Shown piece after piece: positions 59,224-64,000 of a DNA stretch of 64,000 bases. The notes beneath the pieces were generated by a model. The model did no database searches. It was not told the origin of the DNA and was given only the letters and a program-made list of their open reading frames with translations. Source of the stretch: Burkholderiales bacterium. Lineage in GTDB: Bacteria > Pseudomonadota > Gammaproteobacteria > Burkholderiales > JAHFRG01. The translations under genes and the position numbers were made by a program. The DNA is taken from assembly GCA_035624535.1 (NCBI GenBank), contig DASPRI010000030.1, forward strand, positions 3,067-67,066, read 5' to 3'. Each line of letters opens with the position of its first letter. Position 1 is the first letter of the stretch.

Positions 59224-59459
59224 TTAGCCTGCACCGAAAATTGGCCTCATAACATGGACTTCACCAGCTTGCCCATCTCGGCAGGATTGCGGGTGACTTT
59301 GATCCCACACTCTTCCCTTATTTTGCGTCTTTTTGGTTCCGGCATAACATTGCGCTTGCCGCAATGTTAGCCTGCACCGAAAATTGGCCTCACAGCACGG
59401 ATTTCACCAGCTTGCCCATCTCGGCAGGATTGCGGGTGACTTTGATCCCACACTCTTCC
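59224..59459 (-). repeat. 93-nt direct repeat (89/93 identical) duplicating the sucD 3' end, stop codon and 23 nt downstream
   Basis: Copy B (59367-59459) comprises the last 22 codons (plus one base of the preceding codon) of sucD, its TGA, and 23 nt downstream. Copy A (59224-59316) lies 50 nt further downstream in the sucD sense. The four mismatches all fall in the last four sucD codons. Confidence 0.9.
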
Positions 59460-60265
59460 ATCACGGCCAATTTTTCTTGGGCGGTTCCTTTACCTCCAGA
59501 AATAATCGCGCCCGCGTGGCCCATTCTTTTCCCAGGCGGTGCAGTCACTCCTGCAATAAAACCAACCACCGGCTTTTGCATGTTGTCCCTAATCCAGCGA
59601 GCACAATCTTCTTCGTCGGTGCCGCCGATTTCTCCGACCATAATCACTGCGTCAGTATTCGGATCTTCATGAAACATTTTCATGACATCGATATGTTTGA
59701 ACCCCCCAACCGGATCGCCGCCGATGCCGACGCAGGTAGATTGCCCCAGCCCTTGCTCCATCAATTGTCCTACCGCTTCGTAAGTCAGCGTACCTGAGCG
59801 TGAGACCACACCGACACGCCCTTTCTTGTGTATGTGTCCCGGCATGATGCCAATCTTAATTTCATCCGGCGTAATAACCCCGGGGCAATTCGGACCAATG
59901 AGAACCGTTTTCTTGTCCCGCATCTTGTAGCGGGTGCGGATCATGTCGCGCGCTGGTATGCCCTCGGTGATGCAGATCACCAAATCGAGCTCGGCTTCTA
60001 CCGCTTCATCAATCGCCGCCGCTGCGAATGGCGCAGGAACATAAATCACCGAAACGGTGGCGCCAGTTTTCTCCCGGGCTTCGCGTACCGTGTCGAAAAC
60101 CGGGATACCCTCGAAATCCTGTCCGCCTTTGCCCGGAGTGACCCCTGCGACGAAGCAGTTTCCGCCATTCGCGTAATCGCGGCACATGCGCGTATGGAAT
60201 TGGCCAGTTTTACCGGTTATCCCCTGAGTCATGACCCGGGTATTTTTGTTGATTAGAATCGCCAT
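59390..60265 (-). CDS. sucD: Succinate--CoA ligase [ADP-forming] alpha subunit
   Basis: 291 aa beginning [21 protein letters not shown], with SRSGTLTYE and the active-site MGHAGAI. Confidence 0.95.
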   Translation of the reverse strand: MAILINKNTRVMTQGITGKTGQFHTRMCRDYANGGNCFVAGVTPGKGGQDFEGIPVFDTVREAREKTGATVSVIYVPAPFAAAAIDEAVEAELDLVICITEGIPARDMIRTRYKMRDKKTVLIGPNCPGVITPDEIKIGIMPGHIHKKGRVGVVSRSGTLTYEAVGQLMEQGLGQSTCVGIGGDPVGGFKHIDVMKMFHEDPNTDAVIMVGEIGGTDEEDCARWIRDNMQKPVVGFIAGVTAPPGKRMGHAGAIISGGKGTAQEKLAVMEECGIKVTRNPAEMGKLVKSVL

Positions 60266-60301
60266 GAAGTGAATCGCTTTCCCATTGCATCACCGGCCCC
60301 G

Positions 60302-61474
<1,173 letters not shown>

Positions 61475-61529
61475 TGGCGCTCGGGCGCACGCCCCGGCTA
61501 TTCCACGAGGCGCAAACTAGAAGGCAAGT

Positions 61530-63824
61530 CTAAAGTGTGAGCATAGTCTGCACAAAGGGCTCCGCATTTGCATCTGCCACGGCCAACGCAGTCATGTTGA
61601 CGATGCGTCGCACAGTTGCAGTGGGGGTGAGAATGTGCACCGGTTTGGCGCACCCGAGCAGTATCGGGCCCACCGTTACGCCATCGCCGAGCACCTTGAG
61701 CAGATTGAATGAAATATTCGCCGCGTCCAGCGTAGGCATGATAAGCAGGTTTGCCCGGCCCTTGAGCCGGGAGTTGGGAAAAACTTCATTGCGGATTTCC
61801 TCGGACAGCGCGGCGTCTCCATGCATTTCACCATCGACTTCGAGATTGGGGGCGCGCTTCTCCAATAGTCCGAGCGCCTCGCGCATTTTGTGGGAAGACA
61901 GGGTATCAACGCTGCCGAAACTGGAATGGGAAAGCAGAGCTACTTTCGGTGTCATTCCGAAGCGTTGCACTTCTTCCGCCGCAAGCATGGTCATTTCCGC
62001 AATCTGCTCGGCGGTCGGTTCGGGAGTAACGTATGTATCGCAGATGAAGAACGTGCCCTTCGGATCAAGCAGCATGTTCATCGCGGCTGCGTTGTGCACG
62101 CCCGGGCGCAACCCGAGGGCGTCCATCACGAAATCGAGGTGTAATTGGTAATGGCCGAACGTCCCGCACAACATGGCGTCCGCTGCTCCCTTGCGCACCA
62201 TCAATGCACCTATCAATGTAGTGCGGCGGCGCACTTCGCGGCGCGCATATTCGACGGAGACGCCGCGCCGCTGCATGAGTTGGTAATACGTATTCCAGTA
62301 TTCCTGGTACTGCGGCGGACTCTCCGGATTGATGAGCTCGAAATCGACGCCTGGGCGGACTCGCAAGCCCAGTTTTTGAATTCTTTCCTTAACCACGGCG
62401 GGACGTCCCACGAGAATGGGCAACGCCAATCCTTCATCAATCACCTGTTGCACGGCATGCAAAACGCGTTCATCCTCGCCTTCGGCGTATACCAGCCGCT
62501 TTGGTGATTTTTTCGCCACCGCGAAAACCGGTTTCATGATCAGGCCCGAGCGGTAGACAAACTGGGTTAGCTGCTCTCGGTAGGCGTTAAAATCCTTGAT
62601 TGGCCGGGTCGCCACGCCACTATCCATAGCGGCCTTGGCAACAGCCGGAGCGATCTTGAGGATGAGGCGCGGATCGAACGGCTTGGGAATAAGGTAATCC
62701 GGACCAAATCTTAGGTTATGCTCACCGTAGGCCGTTGCCACAATGTCGGACTGTTCCGCATGCGCGAGATCGGCAAGCGCGCGCACGGTAGCGAGTTTCA
62801 TATCTTCGTTGATCGTGGTAGCGCCGACGTCCAGAGCACCGCGGAAAATGAAAGGAAAGCACAAGACGTTGTTGACCTGATTCGGATAATCGGAGCGGCC
62901 AGTAGCGATCACCACATCCGGGCGGGCTTGCTTGGCAATTTCCGGGCGGATCTCGGGCTCGGGATTGGCGAGCGCTAGAATCAGCGGCTGTTTTGCCATT
63001 TGCTTCACCATATCGGCTTTCAATACCCCGGGCCCGGAAAGCCCGAGAAAAATATCGGCTCCGACTATGGCTTCATCCAAAGTGCGCGCTGCGGTCTTTG
63101 CCGCGTAGCGCGCTTTGTTGGGATCGATCGCCTCCGGGCGTCCCTCGCGCACCACACCCTTGGTATCGATAGCAACGATGTTTTCTCTGCGCAAACCCAG
63201 GCTTACCAATAGATCGAGGCAGGCAATCGCCGCGGCACCCGCGCCCGAACATACGAGCGTCACCTTGGCGATTTCCTTTCCCACCACACGCAAACCGTTA
63301 AGAACGGCTGCGCCAACGATGATTGCAGTTCCATGCTGATCGTCATGAAACACCGGGATTTTTAGTCGGCTTCTTAGCTTGCGTTCGATTTCAAAACATT
63401 CGGGTGCTTTGATATCTTCGAGATTGATGCCACCAAAAGTGGGTTCCAGGCTGGCGATAATATCGACCAGCTTGTCCGGATCGCGCTCGTTGATCTCGAT
63501 ATCGAAGACGTTGATGCCGGAAAATTTCTTGAACAGGGCTCCTTTCCCTTCCATTACCGGCTTTGCAGCGAGCGGTCCGATGGGTCCAAGACCCAGCACA
63601 GCAGTGCCGTTAGTAATGACTGCCACCAAGTTGCCGCGGCCGGTGTAGTTAAATGCTTGGTTTGGATCGTCGACTATTTCGCGACACGGCGCGGCTACAC
63701 CGGGCGAATAGGCAAGCGCCAGATCGGACTGCGTGGCTAGCGGTTTAGTGGCGACGACCTCGGATTTACCGGGGATGGGAAAGCGATGATAGTACAGTGC
63801 GTCTTCAGTTAGCTTGTCAGGCAT
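61530..63824 (-). CDS. maeB: NADP-dependent malic enzyme (malic enzyme + phosphotransacetylase-like domain)
   Basis: 764 aa with an N-terminal malic enzyme domain ([21 protein letters not shown]) and a C-terminal PTA-like domain. Confidence 0.95.
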   Translation of the reverse strand: MPDKLTEDALYYHRFPIPGKSEVVATKPLATQSDLALAYSPGVAAPCREIVDDPNQAFNYTGRGNLVAVITNGTAVLGLGPIGPLAAKPVMEGKGALFKKFSGINVFDIEINERDPDKLVDIIASLEPTFGGINLEDIKAPECFEIERKLRSRLKIPVFHDDQHGTAIIVGAAVLNGLRVVGKEIAKVTLVCSGAGAAAIACLDLLVSLGLRRENIVAIDTKGVVREGRPEAIDPNKARYAAKTAARTLDEAIVGADIFLGLSGPGVLKADMVKQMAKQPLILALANPEPEIRPEIAKQARPDVVIATGRSDYPNQVNNVLCFPFIFRGALDVGATTINEDMKLATVRALADLAHAEQSDIVATAYGEHNLRFGPDYLIPKPFDPRLILKIAPAVAKAAMDSGVATRPIKDFNAYREQLTQFVYRSGLIMKPVFAVAKKSPKRLVYAEGEDERVLHAVQQVIDEGLALPILVGRPAVVKERIQKLGLRVRPGVDFELINPESPPQYQEYWNTYYQLMQRRGVSVEYARREVRRRTTLIGALMVRKGAADAMLCGTFGHYQLHLDFVMDALGLRPGVHNAAAMNMLLDPKGTFFICDTYVTPEPTAEQIAEMTMLAAEEVQRFGMTPKVALLSHSSFGSVDTLSSHKMREALGLLEKRAPNLEVDGEMHGDAALSEEIRNEVFPNSRLKGRANLLIMPTLDAANISFNLLKVLGDGVTVGPILLGCAKPVHILTPTATVRRIVNMTALAVADANAEPFVQTMLTL

Positions 63825-63847
63825 CTTTTAGATTTTCGGAAGTTCGG

Positions 63848-63920
63848 TGCCGGCAAAAGGACTCGAACCCTCGACCAACTGATTACAAATCAGCTGCTCT
63901 ACCAACTGAGCTATGCCGGC
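63848..63920 (-). tRNA. tRNA-Thr (anticodon UGU)
   Basis: The reverse complement GCCGGCATAGCTCAGTTGGTAGAGCAGCTGATTTGTAATCAGTTGGTCGAGGGTTCGAGTCCTTTTGCCGGCA folds by hand into a 73-nt cloverleaf. It has a 7-bp acceptor stem, anticodon loop TTTGTAA and T-loop TTCGAGT. CCA is not encoded. Confidence 0.9.
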
Positions 63921-63929
63921 GTGCGTTTG

Positions 63930-63957
63930 ATTATAGTGGAAGCGGATTGACTGCGAA
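63930..63957 (-). promoter_or_regulatory. Candidate promoter for tRNA-Thr
   Basis: On the minus strand, TTCGCA (63957-63952) is followed by a 16-nt spacer and then TATAAT (63935-63930). The TATAAT lies 9 nt upstream of the mature tRNA 5' end. Confidence 0.3.
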
Positions 63958-64000
63958 AGTCAGCAGTCATTTGATGATTTGCAGGCGCGGTTTTCCATTG

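Noticed and set aside
59224-59459. Diversity-generating retroelement (template repeat / variable repeat) as an explanation for the duplicated sucD 3' end.
   Set aside because: There is no reverse transcriptase nearby. Only 2 of the 4 mismatches involve an adenine in the putative template. sucD is a core metabolic enzyme, not a DGR-type variable ligand-binding protein.
59125-59672. Two plus-strand ORFs (59125-59370 and 59364-59672) share the peptide [28 protein letters not shown] and so look like paralogous genes.
   Set aside because: They are simply the antisense translation of the two copies of the sucD 3' repeat and are not independent genes.

Overview
This is a 64-kb chromosomal segment with a gene order typical of Betaproteobacteria (inferred from synteny only; no search was run). 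Hand counts put G+C at about 55-60% in housekeeping genes.

Contents, left to right:
- A GlcD-family oxidase, hldC, the dolP / SIS(gmhA-diaA) / yraN / lpoA block divergent from rsmI, then pyrC and a DUF1269-like membrane protein.
- RNase P RNA, followed by a complete dcw cell-division/cell-wall cluster: mraZ, rsmH, ftsL, ftsI, murE, murF, mraY, murD, ftsW, murG, murC, murB, ddl, ftsQ, ftsA, ftsZ.
- lpxC, a DciA-like gene, an M23 peptidase and secA.
- A low-GC single-gene acyltransferase islet plus a GGDEF protein.
- argJ, a DUF815 ATPase, and a Nudix/ThiE-like fusion.
- A 276-bp MITE-like palindromic element.
- yacG, zapD, coaE, pilD, pilC (interrupted by an in-frame TAA), and a pilB with an N-terminal GAF domain.
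- A four-gene signalling cassette: CHASE2-Ser/Thr kinase, PP2C phosphatase, FHA protein, CHASE2-adenylate cyclase.
- A TerC-family protein, fhs, the NAD-type formate dehydrogenase genes (fdsA and a fused fdsG-B), sucDC, maeB and tRNA-Thr(UGU).

I found no CRISPR array, rRNA, transposase, integrase or recognisable defence system.

The most unusual observations are:
1. A conserved ~50-nt hairpin-containing element lies directly after the stop codons of two unrelated genes (ftsW and sucD). Each copy is followed by an in-frame duplicate of that gene's 3' tail.
2. The twin-CHASE2 kinase/phosphatase/FHA/cyclase cassette abuts the GAF-fused PilB.
3. pilC carries an in-frame stop codon.
4. A MITE-like element fills the gap between the Nudix-fusion gene and yacG.
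5. The dcw cluster has atypical spacers, each containing a mini-ORF that ends on the next gene's start codon.
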